Of a DNA stretch of 32,000 bases, positions 8,610-18,163 are shown in pieces. Within the stretch, counting starts at the first letter, position 1; each line of letters starts with the position of its first letter. The stretch lies in contig NZ_JHUX01000003.1 in assembly GCF_000619845.1 (NCBI RefSeq), positions 1,300,064 through 1,332,063 of the forward strand, read 5' to 3'. The notes beneath the pieces were generated by a model. It made no database searches and was not told the DNA's origin. It worked only from the letters and a program-made list of their open reading frames with translations. Position numbers and translations under genes: made by a program. The stretch is from Alkanindiges illinoisensis DSM 15370. GTDB taxonomy: Bacteria; Pseudomonadota; Gammaproteobacteria; Pseudomonadales; Moraxellaceae.

Positions 8610-8847
8610 ACAATAGTTTTGGTAGGCATTTTATTAACCAGTTCCAGCTACCGCCAAGCCGAAAAATTTGTAGTGTTGCGTAATTTAATTCTGACTAAAA
8701 TCCTTGGTTTTACAGGGTATTAAAGAATTAATGAGCTAAAATATGAACACTACTACATGATTTTTCAGGAAAAGCACTTGTTTTTTTCTCAAAATGCATC
8801 ACTAATGACATATGACAAAATCATTTGTCACTCAGTAGGAGTGCCCT

Positions 8848-11271
8848 ATGTCCGAGACAACAATTCAAAATCCAACTCTTCCAGTGGAAGGTAGCCTGCC
8901 TTTACTGGCATTACGCGATGTGGTGGTTTATCCCCACATGCAGATTGCTTTATTTGTGGGTCGTCCAAAATCAATCAATGCCGTTGAAGTCGCCCGTGAA
9001 AATGACAATCTGGTATTTGTCGTTGCGCAAAAGGACTCACTGGCCGAAGAGATTGACAATGAAAACCTGTATCACTACGGAACAGTGTGCCGTATTGTTC
9101 AGGTCGTAAATCATGAAAATGATGACAACTGCATCAAGGTGCTCATTGAAGGCCTGTATCGTGCCCGTCTGGATACGATTGTTGAGCTAAATGACTATAT
9201 GCGTGCAGAAACCACAGCTGAGCCTGTGCCTGTGGCATTAAGCCCTGAGCAGCAAAAACAGCAACGTGAAACCCTGCAAGCGTTATTTGGCCAGTATGCT
9301 GAAGCCAAGTTACGCAATGCGCGTGAACTGAGTGCAGCCAGCGATAAAATTGAGGATTTGCTGGAACTGGTTTATTTCATCGCCACCCGTGCGCCATTGG
9401 CGATTGATGTGAAACAGAAGTTTCTGGAAGAAGCCAATATCACTGCGCATGTTAAAGAACTGATGGAATATTTAACCCAGCAGTCTGAAGAACAGCAGAT
9501 TGAGCAGAACCTGCACGAAAACGTGAAACGCCAGATGGAAAAAAATCAGCGTGAATACTTTCTGAATGAAAAAATGAAAGTGATTCAGCGTGAACTATCT
9601 GACATGAATGGCGGTGGTGATGATGACATTTCAGAAATTGAAAAACGTCTGGAAGAAGCCGACCTGCCAGAAGATGTACGCAAAAAGGCAGATGCAGAAT
9701 TCCGCAAGCTGAAATCCATGCAGGCTGCATCCAGTGAAGCCGCAGTTGTGCGCAACTATCTTGACTGGATTTTGAACACGCCGTGGAAAAAAGCCAGCAA
9801 GGTGAGTATCAAACTGGATAAAGCCCAGCAGATTCTGGATTCCGATCACTATGGTCTGGAAGAAGTTAAGGAACGCATTATTGAGTTTCTGGCAGTACAG
9901 TCCCGGGTGAAACAGTTGAAAGGCCCGGTATTGTGTCTGGTTGGCCCTCCAGGTGTGGGTAAAACCAGTCTGGGTGAATCGATTGCCAAGGCAACAGGTC
10001 GTGAGTTTGTACGTATGGCTTTGGGTGGCGTGCGTGACGAAGCCGAGATTCGTGGTCATCGTCGTACCTATATTGGTGCGATGCCCGGCAAGATTGTGCA
10101 GCACTTGTCAAAAGTGGGTGTAAAAAATCCGCTGTTCCTGCTGGATGAAATTGACAAGATGGCACAGGATTACCGTGGTGATCCAGCGTCCGCCCTGCTG
10201 GAAGTGCTTGATCCATCACAAAACCACAAGTTCAATGATCACTATTTAGATATGGATCTGGACTTGTCTGAAGTGATGTTCATCTGTACTGCCAACAGCA
10301 TGGATATTCCTGCACCGTTACTGGACCGTATGGAAGTCATCCGCCTGCCCGGCTATACCGAGGAAGAAAAGGTAAACATTGCAGAGCGCTACCTGATTCC
10401 AAAAGCCATTAAAGCCAATGGCTTGAAGGAAAAAGAGCTGACTGTAGAAGAAGACGCAGTCCGCGACCTGATTCGCCGTTATACCCGTGAAGCTGGTGTT
10501 CGTAACCTTGAGCGTGAAATCTCCAAGATTTGCCGCAAAGTGGTTAAGGAAGCTGTAACCAGTCGTTCAAAAAACATACACATTGATATCAATGTAAATA
10601 ATTTGAACGAGTACTCTGGGGTATATAAGTTTGACTATGGTCAGGCTGAAGATGACGCCCAGATTGGCCGCGTAACTGGCCTGGCATGGACCTCAGTGGG
10701 TGGTGAGTTACTGACCATTGAAGCTGCTGCTGTAAAAGGCAAAGGTATTTATACTGCAACCGGTTCGCTGGGTGATGTGATGCAGGAATCTATCAAGGCA
10801 GCAATGACTGTGGTACGTACCCGTGGTGACCAGTTGGGTATTCCACATGAACGCTTCAGTGATACTGACGTGCATGTGCATATGCCTGAAGGTGCAACAC
10901 CCAAGGATGGCCCTTCTGCAGGTCTGGCATTGACCACAGCTCTGGTGTCTGCCTTTACCGGTATTCCGATTCGTGCTGATGTGGCAATGACAGGTGAAGT
11001 AACCTTGCGTGGCCGTGCACTGCGGATTGGCGGGCTAAAAGAGAAACTGCTGGCAGCTCACCGTGGTGGAATCAAGCTGGTATTGATTCCGGAAGAAAAT
11101 ATTCGTGATTTGGCCGAAGTGCCGGATAACGTGAAAGAAGGTCTTGAAATCAGGGCCGTAAAAACGATTGATGACGTATTGCCAGCAGCTTTGGTACATA
11201 TGCCAGAGCCACTTGCAAAAGCGCCTATTGTTTCAACAACAGTTGAAAGCGATAAAGCTGCACGTCATTAA
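8848..11271 (+). CDS. lon: ATP-dependent Lon protease
   Basis: 807 aa with the N-terminal LON domain (LPLLALRDVVVYPHM), Walker A GPPGVGKTS, and the protease motif PKDGPSAGLALTTALVS with catalytic Ser. SD AGGAG is upstream. Confidence 0.97.
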   Translation: MSETTIQNPTLPVEGSLPLLALRDVVVYPHMQIALFVGRPKSINAVEVARENDNLVFVVAQKDSLAEEIDNENLYHYGTVCRIVQVVNHENDDNCIKVLIEGLYRARLDTIVELNDYMRAETTAEPVPVALSPEQQKQQRETLQALFGQYAEAKLRNARELSAASDKIEDLLELVYFIATRAPLAIDVKQKFLEEANITAHVKELMEYLTQQSEEQQIEQNLHENVKRQMEKNQREYFLNEKMKVIQRELSDMNGGGDDDISEIEKRLEEADLPEDVRKKADAEFRKLKSMQAASSEAAVVRNYLDWILNTPWKKASKVSIKLDKAQQILDSDHYGLEEVKERIIEFLAVQSRVKQLKGPVLCLVGPPGVGKTSLGESIAKATGREFVRMALGGVRDEAEIRGHRRTYIGAMPGKIVQHLSKVGVKNPLFLLDEIDKMAQDYRGDPASALLEVLDPSQNHKFNDHYLDMDLDLSEVMFICTANSMDIPAPLLDRMEVIRLPGYTEEEKVNIAERYLIPKAIKANGLKEKELTVEEDAVRDLIRRYTREAGVRNLEREISKICRKVVKEAVTSRSKNIHIDINVNNLNEYSGVYKFDYGQAEDDAQIGRVTGLAWTSVGGELLTIEAAAVKGKGIYTATGSLGDVMQESIKAAMTVVRTRGDQLGIPHERFSDTDVHVHMPEGATPKDGPSAGLALTTALVSAFTGIPIRADVAMTGEVTLRGRALRIGGLKEKLLAAHRGGIKLVLIPEENIRDLAEVPDNVKEGLEIRAVKTIDDVLPAALVHMPEPLAKAPIVSTTVESDKAARH

Positions 11272-11365
11272 CAGTTTAGACTGAGTCTTAATGACGTATG
11301 GTTGATACCTAAGCTTCTCGCTTATCGGTCGCCCATCTGTGATCTCCAGGCAGATGGGCTTGGTT

Positions 11366-11401
11366 GGCAGTCCAACACCCCTTTTGGACTGCCTTTTTTT
11401 T
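11366..11401 (+). terminator. rho-independent terminator of lon
   Basis: GGCAGTCC (11366-11373) pairs with GGACTGCC (11386-11393), 12-nt loop, followed by T8 (11394-11401). Confidence 0.8.
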
Positions 11402-11545
11402 ACCTGCTGTTTTTGCTAATTTTTCCTGATTTTGATCAATATTAAAAATTGCTAAATTCTTTTGCTTAAACCAGATCATTTCTGTTAGAACTGGATCACT
11501 AGGGCTGTGCTACCATATCTTTTTATTGCTGTTATTTTTCTTATT

Positions 11546-12025
11546 ATGAAAATCAGAATTTTAACCATTGGCCAGAAGATGCCAGACTGGGTGCAAACCG
11601 GCTTTGATGATTATTTCAAACGCATTCAACCATTTGTGCAAACCCAGATTATTGAACTGCCAATGGCCAAACGCGGCAAAAATGATTCTGATACTGATAT
11701 CCAGAAGTACTGTATTCAGGAAGGCAGCAGTATTCTGCAAACACTTAAACCACAGGAGCAACTGATTGCCCTTGAGGTCAATGGCCGCCATTTAACTACC
11801 GAAAAACTGGCTAACACCATGCAACACTGGATGCAGGATGGTCAGGACATTGCACTGGCAATTGGCGGGCCGGATGGCTTGTCGGATGAAGTCCGGCAGA
11901 AGGCCAAGTGGCACTGGTCTTTATCTGATCTTACCCTGCCACACCCACTGGTACGTATTGTATTAATTGAACAACTTTATCGTGCCATGACGGTGATTCA
12001 TAACCATCCCTACCATCGTGCTTGA
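11546..12025 (+). CDS. rlmH: 23S rRNA (pseudouridine1915-N3)-methyltransferase
   Basis: MKIRILTIGQKMPDWVQTGFDDYFKRI...LTLPHPLVRIVLIEQLYRAMTVIHNHPYHRA is colinear with E. coli RlmH. The start is moved to the ATG at 11546; the 13-codon upstream extension in the ORF track has no homologous counterpart. Confidence 0.9.
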   Translation: MKIRILTIGQKMPDWVQTGFDDYFKRIQPFVQTQIIELPMAKRGKNDSDTDIQKYCIQEGSSILQTLKPQEQLIALEVNGRHLTTEKLANTMQHWMQDGQDIALAIGGPDGLSDEVRQKAKWHWSLSDLTLPHPLVRIVLIEQLYRAMTVIHNHPYHRA

Positions 12026-12323
12026 TAGATCAACTCTTGTGATAATAGTTAGTTAAAAGCTAAAGCCCGGTCATTAACTTTGAGCTTTTAAGACATTAAT
12101 TTTCCCATCGTTGCAGCATTGATAACAATCTGTTGCATCCGCAAGTCTTTAAATCTGTAACTCTGCCCCGCATTATTATCTTCTGAACAGTATTTCTAAA
12201 GCTGGATTTCAAAACTGGATTTACTGTTTTATGTTTGGGTAAGGCTATTGAACGGTTTGCCTATACCCTACTTCTTGCTCACCCCGCTTTATTAATTTTT
12301 ATCTAGAGATTTTTGAGTACATT

Positions 12324-13100
12324 ATGAGTATATCCACCTTGCCCGGCCTGTTTATTTCCCATGGCTCGCCCATGCTGGCGATTGAGCCTGAGCAAGTGGG
12401 GCCAGCCCTGCATCGCCTATCCATTAACCTGCCCAGGCCACGCGCCATTGTGGTGATGTCAGCACATTGGGAAAGTCAGGCGCTGGAAGTCAGCACTAGC
12501 AGCCGTCCGGAAACCTGGCATGACTTTGGCGGTTTTCCACGTGAGCTATATCAGCTTCGTTACCCAGCGCCGGGTGATGCAATACTGGCCGAACGCATGA
12601 TTCAAATGCTGACGCATAACGGTATGCCAGCACATGCCAATAGTATACGGCCCCGTGATCACGGTGTCTGGATGCCCTTGCTGCACATGTACCCGGAAGC
12701 TGATATTCCAGTGATCCAGATATCGCTACCTGTTCATTTCAGTGCAGCACAGATTTATCAGGTGGGCCAGATTTTAGCACCTTTACGCCATGAACAGATT
12801 TTGCTCATTGGTTCTGGCAGTATTACCCATAATCTGGCTGAATTAAGCTGGACCGAAGAACAGGCCAGCACACCGGAATGGGCTTCGGGCTTTCGCAACT
12901 GGGTGGTGCATCAACTGAATAATGATGATTTTGCAGCGGTACTAGACTGGCAGCAGGCACCGCATGTACGGCGCAATCATCCAACCCTTGAGCATTTGTC
13001 ACCGCTATTTTTTGCAATGGGTACTGGCTCGCGCTTTAGTCTGGTTCATTCCAGTTTTAGTCTGGGTGCACTGGGCATGGATTTATACCGGTTTGATTAA
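12324..13100 (+). CDS. class III extradiol dioxygenase, YgiD / 4,5-DOPA dioxygenase-like
   Basis: 258 aa. LFISHGSPMLA, VVMSAHWES, GSGSITHNL and EHLSPLFF are the conserved blocks of the LigB/YgiD family as recalled. Confidence 0.8.
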   Translation: MSISTLPGLFISHGSPMLAIEPEQVGPALHRLSINLPRPRAIVVMSAHWESQALEVSTSSRPETWHDFGGFPRELYQLRYPAPGDAILAERMIQMLTHNGMPAHANSIRPRDHGVWMPLLHMYPEADIPVIQISLPVHFSAAQIYQVGQILAPLRHEQILLIGSGSITHNLAELSWTEEQASTPEWASGFRNWVVHQLNNDDFAAVLDWQQAPHVRRNHPTLEHLSPLFFAMGTGSRFSLVHSSFSLGALGMDLYRFD

Positions 13101-13121
13101 AAAATAGCAGCGCGTTAACCA

Positions 13122-13152
13122 AAGCCATGCAATACATTTGTGTGGCTTTTTT
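13122..13152 (+). terminator. candidate terminator after the dioxygenase gene
   Basis: AAGCCAT pairs with GTGGCTT (7 bp with one G:U), 13-nt loop, followed by a T run. Confidence 0.4.
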
Positions 13153-13187
13153 ATAATGAGCTATTAAGAAACTGGTGAAACCCAACG

Positions 13188-13985
13188 ATGAAAAATTCTT
13201 TACTGCTGGCAATGAGCCTGTCACTGATGGCCTGTACCCAATCTGGCTTGCATCCTAATCAAACCAGTATATCAGACACTGCAACCACATCATCTTTAAG
13301 CAATTCCACGTTAAGCAGCTATAGCTGGCAGCTGGTGCAGGCAACCAATAAGCAAGGCCAAGCCATCAATAACCTGTTTGTACGTCCGGACCAGCCTGTT
13401 GGCCTTCAATTTAAGGACAACAACATTGGTATTTTAAACACCTGTAACCACATGGGCGGTACATACAAGCTCAAGGGTAACGTGTTAAGCGTTGGTAATC
13501 TGGCTTCGACCATGATGGCTTGCGATGCTCCAATCAACCAGCTGGACAGCCTGATGAGCAAGGTTATCGAAGGCAACTCCACGCTAAAGATTACCACGGT
13601 CAATGCTCAGCCTCGGTTAACGCTAGTGAGTACATCTGGTGATACACTGGTATTTAAAGGCATTGCCACGCCAGAAACCAAATATGGGGCGCAGGCTGAA
13701 ACCATTTTTCTGGAAATTTCACCCAAAACTCAAAACTGTGATGCAGGTGTGCGCCAGATGCAGTGCTTGCAGGTGCGCGAGGTTAAATACAATGATCAGG
13801 GCTTAAAAAGCTACGCGTCTACAAGCTGGGAAAACTTTTATGATTCCATTGAAGGCTATACGCACAATACCAATGAGCGTGTGATTATCCGGGCGAAAAA
13901 ATATCCCGTTAAAAACCCACCGGCAGATGCATCCAGCGCTGCCTATGTACTAGATATGATTGTTGAGCGTGAACAGGTGAAATAA
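13188..13985 (+). CDS. lipoprotein with HslJ-like META domain and a DUF4377-like C-terminal domain
   Basis: 265 aa. Signal peptide with lipobox LMAC at residues 13-16. A META-type segment (NTCNHMGGTYKLKGNVLSVGNLASTMMAC) is followed by a Cys-containing C-terminal domain. The domain names are from memory. Confidence 0.75.
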   Translation: MKNSLLLAMSLSLMACTQSGLHPNQTSISDTATTSSLSNSTLSSYSWQLVQATNKQGQAINNLFVRPDQPVGLQFKDNNIGILNTCNHMGGTYKLKGNVLSVGNLASTMMACDAPINQLDSLMSKVIEGNSTLKITTVNAQPRLTLVSTSGDTLVFKGIATPETKYGAQAETIFLEISPKTQNCDAGVRQMQCLQVREVKYNDQGLKSYASTSWENFYDSIEGYTHNTNERVIIRAKKYPVKNPPADASSAAYVLDMIVEREQVK

Positions 13986-14018
13986 ATCCTTAATTGATCT
14001 AATCCTGTAAAACAAGAA

Positions 14019-14055
14019 ATGGCGTATTCTTAATTTTCTGAATACGCCATTTTTT
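14019..14055. terminator. bidirectional rho-independent terminator between convergent genes
   Basis: ATGGCGTATTC (14019-14029) pairs with GAATACGCCAT (14040-14050): perfect 11-bp stem, 10-nt loop. T5 follows on the plus strand and an A-rich run precedes. Confidence 0.8.
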
Positions 14056-14099
14056 ATGATAAGTTTTGAATTGGTTTATTGTCTAAAAACAACTTAAAG

Positions 14100-15464
14100 C
14101 TACCAGACACCTTGCGCCAGCATGGCATCAGCCACTTTAACGAACCCGGCAATATTTGCACCGTTCACATAATTCACAGTGCCATCCTCAGCCTTGCCGT
14201 AAAACACGCAGCTTTGATGAATCTGCTGCATGATGTGATGCAAACGGCTGTCTACATCAGCATGCGGCCAGCTTAAACGCATGGCATTTTGCGTCATTTC
14301 CAGCCCTGAGGTGGTTACCCCGCCTGCATTACTGGCCTTGCCCGGCGCATACAGAATTTTGGCATTTAAAAAACAGTTCACTGCATCCAGAGTACAGGGC
14401 ATATTTGCCCCTTCTGCCACACACATCACGCCATTTTTAACCAGTATTTCGGCATCCTGCTGATTAAGCTCGTTCTGTGTGGCACATGGCAAGGCAATAT
14501 CCACTGGAATATGCCAGGGCCGCTGATCCGGGTAATAGGTCAGCTTCTGCTCGGTGGCAAACTCTGATAGACGCTTGCGCTGGATAGTTTTATGCAGCTT
14601 GATTTGTTCCAGCAGTTCAAGATCAAGCCCTTGCTCAATATGCAGGGTGCCGTTTGAATCTGATAAGGTGACCACTTTGGCACCCAGCTCAATGGCTTTT
14701 TCTGCCGCATGCAAGGCCACATTGCCAGACCCGGAAATGGCAATTTTTTTGTTGTCCAGCGTTTCACCCCGGGTGTGCAGCATTTGCTCGGTAAAATACA
14801 CACAGCCATAACCTGTGGCTTCAGGCCGCATCAGGCTGCCGCCATAAGACAAGCCCTTGCCGGTAAAAACACAGGCCGTATCATTGCTGATCTTTTTCAT
14901 CATGCCTGTCATATAACCTATCTCACGCGCACCTACACCAATATCACCGGCCGGGATATCAGTATTGGGGCCAAGATGACGATACAGTTCCAGCATCAGT
15001 GCCTGACAAAACCGCATAACTTCACTGTTACTTTTACCTTTGGGATCAAAATCAGAACCGCCCTTGCCACCACCCATGGGTAAAGTGGTCAGGGCATTTT
15101 TAAAGGTTTGCTCAAAACCCAGAAATTTCAGGATGGATACATTGACCGAAGGGTGAAAGCGCATGCCACCCTTATATGGCCCAATAGCTGAATTAAACTG
15201 CACCCGCCATGCCCGGTTAACCTGCACTTCATTGCGGTCATCCACCCAGGCCACCCGAAACTGGATAATACGCTCCGGCTCAACCAGACGTTCCAGCAAG
15301 CCCTGCTCGGCATAAAAAGAATTTTTTTCAATAAAGGGCCACAAACTGGTAATTACTTCTTCCACCGCCTGCATGAACTCCGGTTCACTCTGATTGCGAC
15401 GGCTTACTGTATTTAAAAAATCATTGACTGAACTATATTTCAAAATTAACTCTCTCTTATCCAT
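14100..15464 (-). CDS. gdhA: NADP-specific glutamate dehydrogenase
   Basis: From MDKRELILKYSSVNDFLNTV... the 454-aa product is colinear with E. coli GdhA (VEPERIIQFRVAWVDDRNEVQVNRAWRVQFNSAIGPYKGGMRFHPSVN, GGGKGGSDFDPKGKS). The 44-codon upstream extension in the ORF track (to 15596) is not part of the family. Confidence 0.95.
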   Translation of the reverse strand: MDKRELILKYSSVNDFLNTVSRRNQSEPEFMQAVEEVITSLWPFIEKNSFYAEQGLLERLVEPERIIQFRVAWVDDRNEVQVNRAWRVQFNSAIGPYKGGMRFHPSVNVSILKFLGFEQTFKNALTTLPMGGGKGGSDFDPKGKSNSEVMRFCQALMLELYRHLGPNTDIPAGDIGVGAREIGYMTGMMKKISNDTACVFTGKGLSYGGSLMRPEATGYGCVYFTEQMLHTRGETLDNKKIAISGSGNVALHAAEKAIELGAKVVTLSDSNGTLHIEQGLDLELLEQIKLHKTIQRKRLSEFATEQKLTYYPDQRPWHIPVDIALPCATQNELNQQDAEILVKNGVMCVAEGANMPCTLDAVNCFLNAKILYAPGKASNAGGVTTSGLEMTQNAMRLSWPHADVDSRLHHIMQQIHQSCVFYGKAEDGTVNYVNGANIAGFVKVADAMLAQGVW

Positions 15465-15560
15465 AAAAATAAACAGGATGAGGCAAAACAGGGTCATTGC
15501 AGAATTCAGTTTCTGGCAGGGATTATCTGTTGCAATTGCAGCGTTTTTGACAAGTTTTAT

Positions 15561-15589
15561 TTGACCTTGTGTCAGGATTCTCGCATTAT
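15561..15589 (+). promoter_or_regulatory. candidate sigma70 promoter for the rnfB-like/nth pair
   Basis: TTGACC (15561-15566), 17-nt spacer, CATTAT (15584-15589), about 35 nt upstream of the start codon. Confidence 0.3.
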
Positions 15590-15622
15590 TTGCCACTTTA
15601 TTTGTTTTAGTTTAGTGCCCTA

Positions 15623-16420
15623 TTGTTCATGTCAACTGCCGAACTGATTCGCTTACTTGACGCGACCCTGCCGCAAACCCAGTGCGGTCTTTGCGGACAT
15701 CCCGCAGGCTGCCTGCCGTATGCCACTGCCATGGCTGAAGGTGCCAGTGCAGATGGCTGTGTGCCCGGTGGCCAGCCTGTTGCAAACCGATTGGCAGAGA
15801 TCCTGGGACGAGCACCATTGCCTGCCAAACCCAGCCAGTGGCCCATCGTGGCAGACGGCCGTCCGCAGCGCATCAAAGCAGTCATTCGTGAGGATGAATG
15901 CATTGGCTGCACCAAGTGCATTAGTGCCTGCCCTGTCGATGCCATTATGGGCAGTGGCAAGCTCATGCACAGTATTCTGACTGACCTGTGTACTGGCTGT
16001 GAATTATGTATTCCGCCTTGTCCAGTCGATTGCATTGATCTGGTTGCAGACCCGGCCCCGCCACCGAGTGATATGGAACGAGTTGCTGAACAAGATGACC
16101 TGCGCCAGCGCTATCAGGCGCATGTACTGCGTGAACAGCAACGGATACTCACTAGAAAAGCCCGAAAGCCCGTGGTTTCAGCAGCAATCAGCACTGAGCA
16201 GGCAGCAGCCATTACTGGTGTAGACTTGCATCAGCTCGTGGCTCCAGTGGTAGATGCCAAACCTGCGGCGGCTGTTTCGGCGGCGCAAACCATCAAACTG
16301 GCATCATTACGTAGCCAGATTAAAAAACTGGAACGCCAGCTTAACGTTAAACCTGATGATCTGGCCAAGCAGCAACAGTTAGAATTATTAAAAACAGCGC
16401 TGCAACGCAGCATGGATTAG
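15623..16420 (+). CDS. RnfB/RsxB-related 4Fe-4S ferredoxin-type protein, stand-alone
   Basis: 265 aa. An N-terminal Cys cluster (CGLCGHPAGC...C) is followed by two CxxCxxCxxxCP ferredoxin motifs (CIGCTKCISACP, CTGCELCIPPCP), then an Ala/Gln-rich tail. The start could instead be Met3 (15629). Confidence 0.85.
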   Translation: MFMSTAELIRLLDATLPQTQCGLCGHPAGCLPYATAMAEGASADGCVPGGQPVANRLAEILGRAPLPAKPSQWPIVADGRPQRIKAVIREDECIGCTKCISACPVDAIMGSGKLMHSILTDLCTGCELCIPPCPVDCIDLVADPAPPPSDMERVAEQDDLRQRYQAHVLREQQRILTRKARKPVVSAAISTEQAAAITGVDLHQLVAPVVDAKPAAAVSAAQTIKLASLRSQIKKLERQLNVKPDDLAKQQQLELLKTALQRSMD

Positions 16421-16422
16421 CC

Positions 16423-17106
16423 ATGAAGCCAGAACACGTCGAAGAATTTTTCAAACGCTTGCAAGCCCAACGGCCCAATCCCACCACCGAACTGGTCTAT
16501 CACTCACCGTTTGAGTTACTCATTGCAGTAATTTTGTCGGCACAAATGACTGATGTGGGCGTCAATAAAGCCACAGCCAAACTGTTTGCAGTGGCTAACA
16601 CGCCTGAAAGTATTCTGGCGCTGGGGGTAGAAGGGCTTAAGGAATACATCAGCAACGTTAATTTTTATACGGCCAAAGCCAACAATATTATTAGGACCTG
16701 CCAGATGCTGATTGACCTGCACGGTAGTCAGGTGCCAGATGACCGTAAAGCGCTGGAAGCACTAGCCGGTGTCGGGCGCAAAACAGCCAATGTGGTATTA
16801 AATACGGCATTCGGCCATCCCACCATGGCAGTGGATACTCATATCTTCCGGGTGAGCAATCGCACCGGCCTAGCCCCAGCCAAAACCGTGGAAGGGGTCG
16901 AAAAAAGGTTACTTGAAGTAGTGCCTGAACCGTACCTGACTAACGCCCATCACTGGATATTATTGCATGGCCGTTATACCTGTAAGGCACGGGTTCCGCT
17001 GTGCGCACAATGTATTGTGGCGGATTTATGCCAATGGCCGGACAAATATGAGTTCGGTGCTGCTGAAGGTATTGCGCATCTAAAAAGCCTAAATTTAAAA
17101 ACCTAG
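16423..17106 (+). CDS. nth: endonuclease III (DNA glycosylase/AP lyase)
   Basis: 227 aa with the HhH-GPD region LAGVGRKTANVVL and the C-terminal cluster CKARVPLCAQCIVADLC. It starts 2 nt after the upstream stop. Confidence 0.95.
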   Translation: MKPEHVEEFFKRLQAQRPNPTTELVYHSPFELLIAVILSAQMTDVGVNKATAKLFAVANTPESILALGVEGLKEYISNVNFYTAKANNIIRTCQMLIDLHGSQVPDDRKALEALAGVGRKTANVVLNTAFGHPTMAVDTHIFRVSNRTGLAPAKTVEGVEKRLLEVVPEPYLTNAHHWILLHGRYTCKARVPLCAQCIVADLCQWPDKYEFGAAEGIAHLKSLNLKT

Positions 17107-17184
17107 CTTTAAAAACCTGGGCGCATAAATCTGGCAATAAAAAGCCTGCTCAATCTAAACGCTAAACGCGATTTGAAAAGCCAT

Positions 17185-17214
17185 AAAAAAACGGGGTCTT
17201 TGCCCCGTTTTTTA
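17185..17214. terminator. bidirectional terminator between nth and adk
   Basis: AAAAAAACGGGG-TCTTTG-CCCCGTTTTTT: a GC-rich stem flanked by A and T runs. Confidence 0.8.
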
Positions 17215-17226
17215 ATTGAAGCCCTG

Positions 17227-17889
<663 letters not shown>

Positions 17890-18163
17890 TCAATAACAAT
17901 AAAAAAATTACAAATTAAAACTTAAAAGATTGGCGTAACAATACATTCACAGCTGGCTGGACTCAAGTTTTTTTCAACGTTATCCGGTTACTTTCAGTAA
18001 GCATTTCTATCAGCGCTGGCAGCAATATAGCCTGCATTGATCGATTACTTCCTACTGAACTATCCCTATCATTCCCAACTGGGCCGCCAAATACCATAAG
18101 ACCTAAGTGGTAACTGCCCTCACCACATTTGGGTTAAGGCAGCCTTCTTGCAAAACTGGGCTA

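Noticed and set aside
8776-8806. Possible sigma32 heat-shock promoter for lon (CTTGTTT ... CATCACTA).
   Set aside because: Only a partial match to CTTGAAA-N13-15-CCCCATNT. This is too weak to call without mapping.
8541-8847. Searched the right end of the accessory segment for a direct repeat of the tRNA-Leu 3' end (attR).
   Set aside because: The best resemblance is scattered identity of about 8 of 15 nt, which is not distinguishable from chance. No att site is claimed.
11507-11545. N-terminal extensions in the ORF track for rlmH (11507-11545), for the OM beta-barrel gene (up to 20189) and for DUF934 (up to 27153).
   Set aside because: In each case an internal ATG gives the family-typical N-terminus, a signal peptide, or operon coupling. 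The extensions use non-ATG starts or lack an RBS.
15531-15540. Palindrome TGCAATTGCA in the gdhA/rnfB-like divergent spacer, as a possible nitrogen-regulator site.
   Set aside because: It is only 10 bp and does not match the NtrC (TGCACC-N5-GGTGCA) or Nac patterns as I recall them. It is noted but not called.
14100-15596. 498-aa version of gdhA from the ORF track.
   Set aside because: Homology to GdhA begins at MDKREL (ATG at 15464). The extra 44 codons are just open upstream sequence.
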